From: Lingula anatina
Taxonomy: Eukaryota; Animalia; Brachiopoda
NCBI GenBank assembly: GCA_051362555.1
Contig: CM120640.1
Location: 13,392,001 to 13,456,000, forward strand
DNA: 64,000 bases
Direction: 5' to 3'
A program made the position numbers and the translations under genes. Below, one piece after another: positions 51,471 to 64,000 of this stretch; positions within the stretch are counted from its first letter, which is position 1; each line of letters starts with the position of its first letter. The notes beneath the pieces are model-generated. The model was given only the letters and a program-made list of their open reading frames with translations, had not been told where the DNA came from and did no database searches.

Positions 51471-53099
51471 CTGAAGAAAGAACACAGAACACCAAATGAC
51501 CCGCTATCGGCTGAATGCTTTCATAGAAAGTGCTGGTTACTTAAGGAAACCCTTGACCTTACTGTTACAATTAATATTTTACAACATGCTATTATCTTTA
51601 AAATTTAAATCAAAAGAATTGTTATTTTTCGGTTATTTATGGTACAGCGGCAGTTTATAAGAACATGAACCTACGACCCTTGTGTACCGACAACCAATAC
51701 AAAAGTATTTATACCACAGTGATCCAGGGCTGAAATAACCTGTTAAAACAGCTTAGCGCTCACTAAAAAACACTTGTTACGATGATACCAAAAGGAAGTA
51801 TATTTATCTTATGGAAAGATATTTTCCTATGCTCCGCAATGCAAACATACACAGAATTAGCATGCGGTTTAGCACGAGTGAATTTGAAAAACACTTTTTA
51901 TGACTACTTTTTTAAATGGCCGCAAGGGATGATAAGATAATCTTAGTGAAGATAATTATAAAAGGTTAAGTTGGAATGTAGATCTACACGTACGAGCACT
52001 AAGTAGCCGCGTAAAAACACCTTCCAGGTATCAGTGCGTGTGGTAATATGTACAATACAGGCAGAGCTTCACCAAAGAACACAGGTCCAAACTTCATGTG
52101 AAGCATTCAATCCGAAATTTCGGTGCACTTTATTTTAGGATAAATCTGTGGTAATCTAACAGAATAAACCAAGCTTCTGACTTAGACAATAGCCTTTTTT
52201 TTACTTTTTGTAAAATAGTCCAAAAATTCTATTTCAAGTGCACTGCAACTTCACTGTCCTGGGTCAAATGCGACTAGAATCCTCGGTAATAAAGTTAAGA
52301 CCAGCCTACCGCATACGTTCTTTTGTAAACCTGGCACATAGAGCACGTAATTTTAACCACAGTAAGCAAACAGCTTTCATGAAATTTTTAGATTGTTTCT
52401 TATATATTCTTTATGTACTCTACAAATGAAACCCAAACGGTTAAAGTCAATGAAAATCATTCACACTAGAAATGGACCTATTGTTTTCAATAGTTTGGCC
52501 TCTAATTTAAACAAAGCTTAAAACTGTCAATTACGGATGTAGATCACCCGTTATGCTTCTCATTCACATAGTATGTAGGCTGACCATTTTCCAATTCCTT
52601 ACTTACGTTATGTGGATAATATACAGCTGTGAATACAAGTATAGTCCACCAAACTCATTGCTTTAACATAGCTTGGACAGGGTTGAGTTTGTAATGAAAA
52701 TATAATAATTGCAATGTATACGAACACCGCATTCTCAAAAATGGCTTTAATATATCCTTACACAATGCTAGGCGTCGACGGCACTGATCCGCGGTGAGCT
52801 TGACATCGATTATGTAACTCTAGAAAACATTTCTTTATAAATTGAAATTGAAAGTTTAGTCGGTCGAGTTAATTTGTATCGTCGTGTTAGTGCCGTATGG
52901 GCGCCGTGCGATATGACCACTATATACATAAAATGCAACAGTGAACAGTGGGGGCTTCTGGTACATGTAGTCTGACATTTATTGCTAAGTTCAAGACAAA
53001 TATTAGAAAATTTGAAAACGTGCTCTAGGTTACAGAAAATGCAAATGGATTTTAATCCAGCTTTGATAAAAAAAATTGTTTACACATAACACCTCTTAC

Positions 53100-53245
53100 C
53101 ACATCCAGAATCTGCTGTAGTGTAAGACTGAACGTAACGTTCAGCACGTCTTTTTCATTGGCAACGGGTCGCTCTAGAACATTGTGTGCTCGATCCACAA
53201 ACAACGTGTCAAGCAGTCTCCTCTCATGCTTTCCTTGGTGAGATT
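53100..53245 (-). CDS. CHRNA7-like: Gene C exon 2
   Basis: 146 nt, cttcttag| ... |gtaaga. (E)SHQGKHERRLLDTLFVDRAHNVLERPVANEKDVLNVTFSLTLQQILDV. Confidence 0.95.
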
Positions 53246-53973
53246 CTAAGAAGTAAACGTTTTAAGTATTAAAATGTAGGTTTCCATACAGACAATTAAA
53301 GCATTGCAAAATAACATAGCGTTGTGTTCAGTGGAGATAACCAATTGATAACACACTGATAACACAGGTATGATGCATTTAATCATTGAATGAAAAGTTT
53401 TCTTATGAATAGCACTTTTCATACAATATCACACGAACATTTTAGAAAGTGTGAAAAAATGAACTGGAGATATGTAAAAAAATTAGCAATGTTCCACTGA
53501 CGTTGCCAATTTGGCGTACCATTTTTGCGGCTATGTCTGGTAACAAGGCAGAGTTCTACGTATTTCTTTCTGAGGGCACACCTGGCAGGTGTATATCATA
53601 TTGCAGGATAACAGATATGTAGACTTCTAGAAACATGCGACATTAAGACATGCACAGCTGGCCTTAACATATCGGTTCCGCCATAGTGATTTTCTTTATG
53701 GAGCATTTGGTTGCACTTGGCAAAGCAGACGATATGAGTTCATGTATCATGAATATATTTAGAATGAATAGAGAGCGAGGTATCTTACAGACGTACAACA
53801 ACCAATTAGATGTGATAATTTATATCTGAGACTGTTAGACGTGTAAAATCATATGATAAAAACGTTTATATATTTGCACTGGGGTTCGGATGAAAACATG
53901 CATATATTCTAAAAGAATTCAATCCTGGGTGATAATTTGGGCATTCAAATACGCATACCCGCCCCCCCCCTCC

Positions 53974-53975
<2 letters not shown>

Positions 53976-54008
<33 letters not shown>
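53976..54008. repeat. (GA)n microsatellite preceded by a C-run
   Basis: Pure GA dinucleotide run in gene C intron 1. Confidence 0.9.
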
Positions 54009-54011
<3 letters not shown>

Positions 54012-57000
54012 AGATACGTTGGCATGTATTCGAAGTATTCGAGCTTTAACTTTTTTCACTATGACACCCTAGCATCAAACTACAAATTGACAGATGTTTG
54101 TTAAAAGACATAATCTAATGTGTAAACCTAGACCTAGATCTGGTAACTCCATTACGGCGGTCAGGGATTCCTAGTCATTTGCGTGAGTTTTTCATGCTGC
54201 CAACTCCACGTTATATCAGCGAGCAGACGTTGTTACAGCATTCTAACGATTTCTAGTTTACCACCTGAAGCTGACGAAGCTAATCGACCACACATATTAG
54301 CATCTGTACAAATACCTGCAGTGTTTGGTCATTTCGGGTCAAAAAGGCAGGGAAACAGAATATGTATTTTTATAATATCTCAAAACCGAGCAGCCCTAAA
54401 AACTTCGACAAATATTAACGAAAACTACTTCCTTTCCTGCACCTCTTATGACATTTCTCTCTAATAGTAAGAGAACAGACAGACTGGAAATAGACGGTAA
54501 CTAACTCTCATTACTCCACTGGTGTATGTGTCCATTCTAGCAATGAGCGCATGGAGGTTTCATTTACAAAGCAATTGCCAGAGATGACCCCTGATCATTT
54601 TTTCTCGGCGTGATGCATACAACGGAAAGCATTTCCTCGTGCAACAGTGTTTCCTCCTAGAGTTTCAAATATTCAAATTTTTATATCCTCTCTGAATAAA
54701 TTATAGTAAATAATATTGTAAAACTTAAAGGAAAACCATAAATCCGTCCAGTATAGTTACCCTTTGTGCAATATACCCCTACGTACAGTAAATACGGGGT
54801 CCGTTTACCTCATAATCAGAACTTTTCATTTCACGTAGAGAAATATCTATCTATCTCAGGTAAGCACAGGTGTTCATGTGGAAAGTGTTTACTTTCCCAC
54901 CCTCTCAATGGTGCTTAAGAACCTCTTCTTTGCTTTTCTTCTTCTAATTTTTTTCCAATTTTGCGTGTCAATATTTTCTTAACAATTTTACAACAATACA
55001 TGGAAAACAAATGAGTATTTTGTGGTGGGGAAATAATAGATTGGTGCAGCAGCAAATACTTTCTCTCATATGCCTGAGCTCCCTGCGGAGTTTCTACCTT
55101 CTTTCCACCGAGTCATTTGTGAAGAATTCGCCAGAGACAAGTTGCAAACCCACTGCACTTAAAAGAAATCTAAAAGCAGTCGCTATCCCCCCGCTCTAGG
55201 GTCATGATGAGGTTACATATTCTTACCGCTGTTATAGAAGATATTTCTTGGTAACTTATGCATCACCCCGGTGCACATGCTGACTTCAATAAAAAAGCAC
55301 AGTATCTGACCCGAGGAAGCATTTACGGACAAGGAGATGGGTAGTTGAGGTAACCTAACTCCTGTTTCGAATTGTAGGTGAGAGGTACTTATCAAGTGTG
55401 ATATTTTACACGCAAACACTCTAAATATGCGTGTTTTAGAAAAATAAACTGGTATCTGTCAGGGGTCCCTTTAATGGTTTGTAATCTTTGTTAACGGTAG
55501 CTGTATACATTTTACCGTTTAGCACGCACGAGCGGGAGTCTATAAGTTCGTGGCTATGCAATGGTTCTCCAGAATAAATACTATTTGCAAATAAAAAGAA
55601 CTATTTTTCATCCCGGAATCACAACCTTCATTTCAAGAATTTCCTTTTGTTTAATTTCATTTTTTATTTGAAGCAATACATTTCTACAAAAATAAAAACT
55701 CAAACACGGGTCTCTATATATAATCAGTAAAGAGATCCTTCGTGAGTATAAATGTTCACAGAAATTCGGAGTATCCTGTGTGATTTATGCGCCTTGAAAG
55801 CAACAGTCATGTGACCGTGATAATCAGGGTTTCCCTCGTGCAATATTGTTCTGAACTCCTTCCAAGTGGTGGTCCATATAGTTCTATCATTGAACGAGTG
55901 ACAGTTGGTTCGCATTGTTATTGAGCTGATAAGAGTTACCTTTTAGAGAAAGAATTAAGAAGTCTCGAGACACCATACAATACCATATTATTGCGTAGAT
56001 GTTTAAACGTCTTGTTTATTTTTGGCTTAGATCTATAGAATTGCTACTCCTTCTCCGGGGGCTCAGTTTTGTGAAATATTCGGACTATCGTCGTTTACAT
56101 TAACAATAAGTAAATCTTATCCCCATAATCGCTGTCGATCAGGTTGAAAATCACGGATTGGCTCAGCGGACCGATTGTCGAGTTCTATACATCTATTCCA
56201 CCCCATTAGGTTTTAACGGAGCGCATTTATTCCATTATATTTATTTTAATGTGGGCCTTTCATGAGCTTGTAATAAACTTTAAATTGGTTAGTTGGAGAA
56301 AAAACACAAGGGCCCCAATGGAGTGTTTATCTAATGAGACAAGAAAAACATGCCTCGACCAGCGAACTGTGTAGAAGCATAGGAGTAAGAAAACTCGTTA
56401 TTTATACGCCTGTGTTGTAACAATTAAATTTTCCCTGTTTTGTCTCTCGTCACCTTAGCGCCAATGTTATGCTACAATCTCAAAGTTGGGGAATAAACCA
56501 AACACAATTATTTCCCCGATTTTGTATTCTTTTGTAGTGGTTTTACAGTTGTGCTACTTAAAAGCAACAAGACGATGAGCATAATACCCAGTGAAGTTGT
56601 TCTTCTTACATAATACGAAAATATTTCCATTCCAGCAATTGTGGGCTTTTTGACATCACCTATTAATAGCCAATGCGTTGGGTGTCTATAAATTCTCAAA
56701 ATGAATATTTTTTGGTTTCCACACCTGTATATGCAGAACTCTTACAGGTGAAAATATATGACTAGCATGTTATCCCAGCGGATAAGGTCTACCTTGCCAC
56801 TGGGCATTTACCTGGGCCAATTCCCAACCTTTCCACAGTTTCCGTGTGTTCTCTTGTACTCCTTGGTGCAAGTGTTGACATAAACTTTACAAAACGAACT
56901 TCTTACCGCACCCGTGGGGGGCAAACACAAGCAGTTTCAACAAGCGGTCCCAGCGAATGTTTGCTGTATCATAACTTTTTAAAGAAAGGTGGAGATCTCT

Positions 57001-57461
57001 GTTTTGTAACTTTTATATATATATATCTGTAGCAGTCAGCCAGTTTTTGCTTTTCTCTTTGTCAACTAAGAATCGGCAAAGAGCACATATTTTTATTTTT
57101 AATTTCTATGTTTAATGAAACTAAGTGAAATCAATGCATCGAATTTTTTCAATAACTATTTTACAAGCGAAAATGAAATACAAATCAAACACTCATGGTC
57201 AACAATGTTCCTCTGCGCACAATAAGCACCACAGACATACAAATCGTTTTCAACGGTTATGCAAACTTCGTGTGCGTTATCTAAATATGTACTTAGTTGG
57301 ATGCATAGGGACATCTCAATGTGTTACATATTATTAAACGTTCTTTTCTTACCATCCATACCTCAGGAAAGAGGTTTATTCACGTTGGACGAATAAAAAA
57401 GCACGACTTTCTCCTAATTCAAGCCAATTATCACCTGTAAATATCAATACAATTTACCAAC

Positions 57462-57525
57462 CTTGAAAAAACACTGTCAATAGCATGGCTAAAGACAGGA
57501 AAAGTCTCTTCGTTGAATTCCCCAT
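57462..57525 (-). CDS. CHRNA7-like: Gene C coding exon 1 (signal peptide)
   Basis: aaatcATGG start, MGNSTKRLFLSLAMLLTVFFQ(E). CAAG|gttggt is a phase-1 donor compatible with exon 2. Confidence 0.75.
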
Positions 57526-58907
57526 GATTTCCAAGGCAGACTCTCAGTAGGCTCGGCTAGTCAAATCTACGTCAACCAGTAGGGAGAATCCGGTATCTTC
57601 TGCTCTGTTGTATCATTACATTGCAGGACAGTCTGTGATAAGGCGCCCTCTGGTTAGTCAGTGGTCTTGGTGAAAAGTTCGCTGGCGAGCACGCTTTACA
57701 CAGCTAAAGGTACCTTTCACTCTACCCTCTTGAGTTGACCGCAAGACGATTTGTGTGCGCTGCCGAGAGAAAAAGTAGTCCGTGCGGGGGTTCTGTTATG
57801 ATTATAAACTAAACGCGATACTTTCCAAATAAAAGTTATTCATTTTGATGCATATCAAATTAAACAGGCTATCAAATAGACTTGGTAAGTGAAAAAGTAG
57901 TGCTAATGTGACTTCTTTGTGAGCTCATGTATACTGAATTAACAATTGTTAGACTTAAAGGGGACGAAAAAAACATACGACAACGCCGAGGAGGTACAGA
58001 TGTCATCGAGCTAAACTGCGGTTCAAGAGATGATTAACACTATAAACAAACCACTTTTGTCGGGCTATTAACGATAAACAACGCATACAATGTAATCAAA
58101 ACATCCATGGGGACGAAGGCGTGACATAGGTGTCGTGTATCTTGAGATGTCACATTGTCACATTTACTGAACCTATAGAATTCGCCTGAATACTGCCTGT
58201 AGTTTTAAGGACTAAAGATGGCTTCTTGTTTTCTTTTTCGTAATCCCTTCCAAATCGATACTCAGAAATTACTTCTAAAATCAAATGTTCTCCTCTTACA
58301 TACTGGTACATGGAGGTGTGTATCTCGTTTGCTATATTGGACAAATACATCTGAATTCCTTGAGCTCTTCTTACCGAGCGAGATGGAAGATGAATAACAG
58401 CTTCTCGAGATAACTCGTTTAGCATATATCTGAATATACTGATGCGACTCCACGTGGAGCTTCAGCCTTTCTAGATCTACTCGCCATACTTCCTAAAAAA
58501 CAAACGTCCTCACTTGGTACATAAAAAGTTTTTTAACTAATGAAGGTGACTGAAAGGGTGAAATCAATCTTAGCTTCTTGAAATGCAAGAAAAGACATAG
58601 GTTGAAATGTTCTGCGGTAACTTTGTCAAAATGAATTTTACAATGCATGATAAAAAAAGGCAAAATCAAATAAAAAGAAGCAAATGAGTTTTATTACGAC
58701 GAAGGACAAATAGAGAGTTCGTCCGCCGGTCGGTAATGTAATTTTAATTCCTATACAAAGACCAATACGTATTGAAAAACTTGGCTGCTATGGCTGCTAC
58801 GAAAATGGTTCAATTCAGATATTACAGTAGTAGTTCTAGAATAATTGTATTTCAGAATTCGCGTGTAGTATCTTCACCTCATCACATCACGCGACTTCAC
58901 GAGAACG

Positions 58908-59459
58908 AGATATTTGTTAGATAAAGCAATAACATAGAGAAGTCAGAGATATTACACAGATAAAATAGTCTAACGAAGAGTAACTCCACAAGATCTATGC
59001 TATCGATGCATCTTCTAGTCTCTCGCAAATATGTCGACGGATGTTATTGATGTAAAAGTCAGTGCGTTTGTGGAGTGCACACGCTCGTGTTCCTGTGTGG
59101 GCAGAAAAGTAGCGTGCCGATCTTAAGATTTTCCATCGAAGCTTGAAACAGTTCAGATATTCGGTTATATGCTGCGTTGTACTAGATATTTGTTAGATAA
59201 AGCAATAACATAGAGAAGTCAGAGATATTACACAGATAAAATAGTCTAACGAAGAGTAACTCCACAAGATCTATGCTATCGATGCATCTTCTAGTCTCTC
59301 GCAAATATGTCGACGGATGTTATTGATGTAAAAGTCAGTGCGTTTGTGGAGTGCACACGCTCGTGTTCCTGTGTGGGCAGAAAAGTAGCGTGCCGATCTT
59401 AAGATTTTCCATCGAAGCTTGAAACAGTTCAGATATTCGGTTATATGCTGCGTTGTACT
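58908..59459. repeat. Exact 276-bp tandem duplication
   Basis: 58908-59183 is repeated at 59184-59459 (agatatttgttagataaagc...gctgcgttgtact), with 2-bp AG microhomology at the junction. Confidence 0.95.
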
Positions 59460-60889
59460 AGTGCACGATAATTGTTGCGTTTTGTAATTGCGTTTAGTAA
59501 ATGACAGTATAATTAATGACACTACGCACAAATGAGTTAAACAATACCGCCGCTACGATCTTATAGTGTTTGCCGTTCGATGACTAGGAAGAACTTTGGC
59601 AACTGTCAGTACACAAAGATACAGTTCACACCTGTAAACTGTGCATACTGATACCGAAATACATCTGACATCTGCCTGGAAGTTCTTGGCGGTAGGTGAT
59701 TGCTTTACTTTTATTTCCTCTTGAAAGAAAGGTAATTAAGTTACTCCCTTTATGGACCCACACAAGATTCAAGTAATAAAAAGATGCCAGACCTGCCCGT
59801 TTGACGCTGTGGTTGTGATCAGTAGGCCTAACACTTTTCCCTTGACTTTTTCGCAATAGTGGGCTTCGTCGTTTAGCCATTAAAAATAGAGTAATACAAT
59901 CAGTCGAATTTAATGCATTTCTCCTTTATTGCCAGTAGTACAGTAATAATAGTAGTAGTGTGGTAGTAGCAACAGTGCATGAAATAGTATTCTCAATGCA
60001 ACTTATGACCAAAAATTTAAAATTCCGAAGAATTTAACATTCATTTTATCAAGTTGTCCATTTCCATTTAAAAATATCAGCGCAAGTTTATGCACAGGAT
60101 ACCGAAAATGCAAAACAATAAACGAAATGTAGGACCAAGCTTGATAACAATTTCAAAAATGTAGCCATTTCATTGTTTTCCACTGTTTCCACAACACTGG
60201 GTCTGTATCATTTCAAATATATTACGAACGACGCCTTAACTAAGCAAATGTTATTATTTACATTTTCCGTCCATAAATAACGATAGGAAAATAATATCCG
60301 ACTTCAAGTTAGTTTCCCTTTAGGACCAACCCACGGGTATATAACACACAATGCACACTGTACATACAGACGCAGACATCTTACCCAACATGTAGGTAGA
60401 AGGCAGCGAGTTTTTCTGCAAATTTCTAAAGCATTTCCCCCGCTAATTTTACCAGTTCCGTTTAGAATTGTTAGGTCCAAGTTCGCAACAGTGAAGAACA
60501 AACAACACGGTGGATTTCAGAAAAGTGTGATCCTTGCTACTACTAGAGTGAAGCAGCCCCTCCCCGCCCCACCTCCACCCTTCTTTAGTCCGTGTTTTGA
60601 TAGATATTGTATACGTATGGATTGACCGGAGGCCTGGAGGTGACATACCTGTACCAGCCGTGGTAGACATACATGTACGTAACACTGACGGGGGCTATTT
60701 GTCAGCTCTAGTGACTAGTAACAATGACATATAACTCCTCATATTGTACACTACTGTACCAGCAGATTCTTATGTTTACATGTAGTTATCATACCTGAAA
60801 TGCATTCCCAATTCTATTAAGTAAGCATTCATAAAGATAAGTGTGAATGACACTATTTTGATTCTTTGCAATTCAAATGAATCCCACAT

Positions 60890-61087
60890 TCATGAAAGCT
60901 TGAAAACATTTTCTCTCTCCTTTTCCCAGACACCTCTTAGATAAGCTTTAGTTTTCTCATCTGCAAAGATGAGGTCTATAGATTTGTAGGAAATGTCCCA
61001 GAGTTTTTCTTGACTTAACTCAAATGTCTGTGCTAGTATGCTATACTCCTCTGACAGTGTGGTGCTGAACACCCCCTTGTCGTCAGT
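60890..61087 (-). CDS. ADAL: Adenosine deaminase-like protein (N6-methyl-AMP deaminase), last coding exon
   Basis: Acceptor tcatttcag|. TDDKGVFSTTLSEEYSILAQTFELSQEKLWDISYKSIDLIFADEKTKAYLRGVW...*. The TDDKGVF motif and C-terminus are characteristic of ADAL. Confidence 0.9.
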   Translation of the reverse strand, partial: TDDKGVFSTTLSEEYSILAQTFELSQEKLWDISYKSIDLIFADEKTKAYLRGVWEKERENVFKLS

Positions 61088-61559
61088 CTGAAATGACAAA
61101 AAAGAAAGGATGGTAAAAATGATAGCAGTACTGTTTGTTAATTTTGATCCCTCTTTGTCAAACCAGGTCAGAAGACATTACAAATCTGTTCAGTTACAGG
61201 TTACTTTGTCCACTTTGATTCTTAGACTAAAATGATCCTGCATTAAGTTTACCAGTTCTGTTTGTGAATTTTGTCAAGCAAGGTCAGAAAATTTTGCAAA
61301 TTTGTTCATTTGAGTGGGCCTGGATTGGGTTTAATCAGATATAATCTGATATAGATGAAAGCAATGTGCCATCACTCAACTAGTACATTATATTTCCACA
61401 CCACAAAGCAGACCACTCCTGTCTTCTTGTCATCACTAGAATAGAATTTAACTAGACTAGAATTTAACCAATTCTCAGTCTTAAGTTTTTCTGTCATAAG
61501 AAATTTGTTGATGTTCATGACTGAAAAAATATATATATAAGAAAATTCCTAATACTTAC

Positions 61560-61660
61560 ACAAACAGAGATAGGATGACCAATGTCATACCATTTCTTGA
61601 AGTGATGATTGTCATACGCTGCCACTGTCTGGCCTTTGATGTTGGAAGTAAGACACAACT
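61560..61660 (-). CDS. ADAL: ADAL penultimate coding exon
   Basis: 101 nt, gtttcag| ... TGT|gtaagt. (E)LCLTSNIKGQTVAAYDNHHFKKWYDIGHPISVC joins TDDKG in frame. Confidence 0.9.
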
Positions 61661-62199
61661 CTGAAACCATACAATATGACTGTATTTTACTGAAACATTT
61701 AATTTCATCCAATATATTTTTTGCATCATTTTTCAAATAGAAAACAGATTTGCAGTTCAGAAGAAAGCCAAAGGATGAAATTCAGAAATTCTACACAATA
61801 CCCCAACCCCCAACCTTTTTATTTTCATATCAGAACTGCATAAATCTCAAGAGTGACCTTTCTAAAAAAGGTGGAAAATTTTCATGCTTGTTAAAAGCAT
61901 GTAGCTGCTGTTTGTCATATATTAGTAACTTAAAAGGCATAAGGTCACATATAAATAGTGTATATCATCATTTGCAATACAAATCATTTTGAAAATGTAC
62001 ACAGAAGACACTGTGATAGAGAGTTTTGACTGACTTCCTTCATTCAAACCTCCTTTCAGTGATACATTTATTATATTGAAAATATTCATTCCCAGACAAA
62101 AAAAACTTAAATGACCCCCATCTCCACCCATTCAACTGAGAATCAATGTAATCACCAACACTACTCCTAGTTCATGACAACTCTGTCACAAATTGGTAG

Positions 62200-62450
62200 A
62201 TGGAACAACTAACAAAAGGCAGTCAGGTTAACCCTAGTAATTACACCCCCATAACTTCACTCAGCTGTCTAAGAAAATATTTAACCTCTCTAATGTGAAC
62301 TAATCTGCACAAACTTCTTGCTGAAAACAAACAGTTTTAAAAAAATGAAAACCAGACATGGTTATACATCATGCATGTCTGCAGGATAGCATGTTAACTT
62401 TATACTGCTTTATGATCCTGGAGAGCCTGACTTTGCCAAAAAAAAAAATA
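62200..62450 (+). mobile_element. Highly decayed LINE reverse-transcriptase fragment in an ADAL intron
   Basis: KGSQVNPSNYTPITSLSCLRKYLTSLM ... NENQT, matching the RT motif KG...P.NYRPI.L.S...K.F...Q.GF; interrupted by stops. Confidence 0.6.
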
Positions 62451-64000
62451 GAAAAAAAGAAAAAACTGTATCAAATGGAATAAATTGAAATTTTAAAGAA
62501 TTATTATAAATAAGTATAATGGCTGCAAAGTACTTGAGGCAGCTCATATCTTTTAGTGTCAACATTGTTTTTTTCCTTACTAGCCTTGAAGAATTTATGA
62601 AAAATCATGACATCACTGGCTTAAAACCTGTCTGAAAATTTAAAGAAGGATTTTGATGTTTTGCTAAAAATAATGCAGATATAGATGAAATGTGCTCTAA
62701 GCAAAAACAAATGACGAACTTCAACATCTGTTAAATGTATTCTCTGCTTACAAGCTGCAAACTATGGAAATTGGAGGTTAACACTTAAGAGACAAAGCTG
62801 ATGATCTTTCCAAAAAAAAAAAACACACACACACACACAGTGCCCAAAAAACTTAAAATTCACTTATAATGAAAGGCTGATAGAAATTGTAAAAACAATC
62901 CAAGTATCTTATCATACATTTCTCCCGACCAAAATCAATCCTGGAAACCAAACAAATACAAAAACCAACAGTAGCCATGTGCACTTACTAAATAAAGGGA
63001 AGAGGACTTAACCTAAACACTGAAACTCCAAATCCAATCCCTTTTCAACATTTGTACCACCCTATCTACAATGTGTTTCTATGACAAAATGTATCAACTA
63101 GTGAGACTTCATAAACTTTAAAACTTGGGGTTAATTTTTTCAAGGAATAACTTCCTTTAAAGCTGTGTGCAAATATAAGGCAAAACATGTGTGCATACAT
63201 TGGAATTATGCTTAAGGTTTATTGAACAAACAAAAGTCTGCAATATAGTGTAGTAGCAGTTTTTATGTCTCCCTGCTGACTAAACTGTCCCCACTGCGCA
63301 GACTACTGGCTAATAAAGACCAGGGCTGCATTCTTGGGGCATAAACAAGCATGACTTTACAACTACAAGTAAATACAGACATACAGGGTACAATTAATTC
63401 TATTTTTTGGTATATTTCCATCTACATGGAATTTCATAGTACGATGTACTGTCTCAAAGAATAAACAAAACAATTACATCAATTAGAGTGCAGGGGAAAG
63501 CTTCAGTAATTAAAAAAATTAGAAACAATAATGCTGATGCCAAAAAAAAATATAAAAATATTTTGATGAAACATTTTCAGTTTTAAATTAAAGTCATTCA
63601 ATGTTCTTTAAAATATTTTCACAATCATTTTTTGGCACAATCAGAACTTATTGTCACTTTTGTTGTCTATTTCCACAGTCATCTTAAAGTTGAAAGACTG
63701 ATAGTGACAGCTATAGTAAATAATCATTCAAGTGTAAGTCATATCTTGACCAAAATCTCTAGACTGCTTTGATTTAACATCTGTGCTCATGAAGGCACTT
63801 TTTACCTTATTTATTAACAATCAATTCTTTTGAAACACAATGTGCTAGGTGTGACATCCCCTATGTTCAACAACCACAATTTAGAGTAAAAACACATTCA
63901 GAACAGCAGACTAACAAATCCACAGATCAAAAATGGTGACCCACTAAAATGCTTGCCCCTTAATTCCTGCTTAGACACTGAATAGATTACCCGCAGGGAT

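Larger units (their letters stand above)
46136..57525 (-). other. CHRNA7-like: Gene C span: second alpha7/Dalpha5-7-like nAChR alpha subunit, 9 coding exons plus one alternative exon, ~489 aa per isoform
   Basis: Exons 64+146+45+110+254+198+87+110+456 = 1470 nt, in frame. Same intron positions and phases as gene B. YDCC loop C, GEK motif. Confidence 0.93.

Noticed and set aside
52607-52626. 20-nt micro-exon-like segment (cacag|...|gtaagt) in gene C intron 2, faintly resembling exon 3
   Set aside because: Not frame-preserving and the similarity is too short; not a Dalpha6-like 3a/3b duplicate.
56508-56699. ORF with a hydrophobic stretch (LGIMLIVLLLLSS) as an alternative first exon of gene C
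   Set aside because: No convincing phase-1 donor after the hydrophobic core; 57462-57525 fits better.
99-62131. Most remaining 60-110 aa ORFs in the track
   Set aside because: No homology; many start at non-ATG codons or are antisense to real exons or microsatellites, as expected for random eukaryotic intronic ORFs. No rRNA, tRNA or CRISPR features were seen.

Overview
AT-rich, intron-rich invertebrate animal DNA, probably lophotrochozoan/molluscan (taxon inferred, not shown). Four protein-coding genes lie on the minus strand. (1) The last two exons of an adenosine deaminase-like gene (ADAL; 60890-61660). (2) 'Gene C', a complete 9-coding-exon alpha7/Dalpha5-7-like nicotinic acetylcholine receptor alpha subunit (46136-57525, ~489 aa). 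(3) 'Gene B', a tandem paralog with the same intron positions and phases (23618-34462, ~499 aa). (4) 'Gene A', the 5' part of an insect-beta1-like nAChR subunit (exons at 4361-4442 and 1774-1916), which runs off the left end. The main result is that each alpha paralog carries a tandemly duplicated, probably mutually exclusive exon pair, at different but adjacent positions. Gene B has two 198-nt exons for loop C + M1 + the start of M2; they are ~60% identical, and one has unusual pore residues (S-4', N2', H3'). Gene C has two 87-nt M2 exons that differ at 15 synonymous codons and a single amino acid (Pro vs Glu at 24' in the M2-M3 gating loop), which parallels Drosophila Dalpha6 exon 8a/b/c. 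Sense-strand UGCAUG (RBFOX) motifs cluster around both cassettes. Also present: an internally deleted Tc1/mariner element, LINE relics, MITE-like elements, an exact 276-bp tandem duplication and microsatellites. Exon boundaries were derived by hand from GT-AG sites, phase continuity and homology. No transcript evidence is available.
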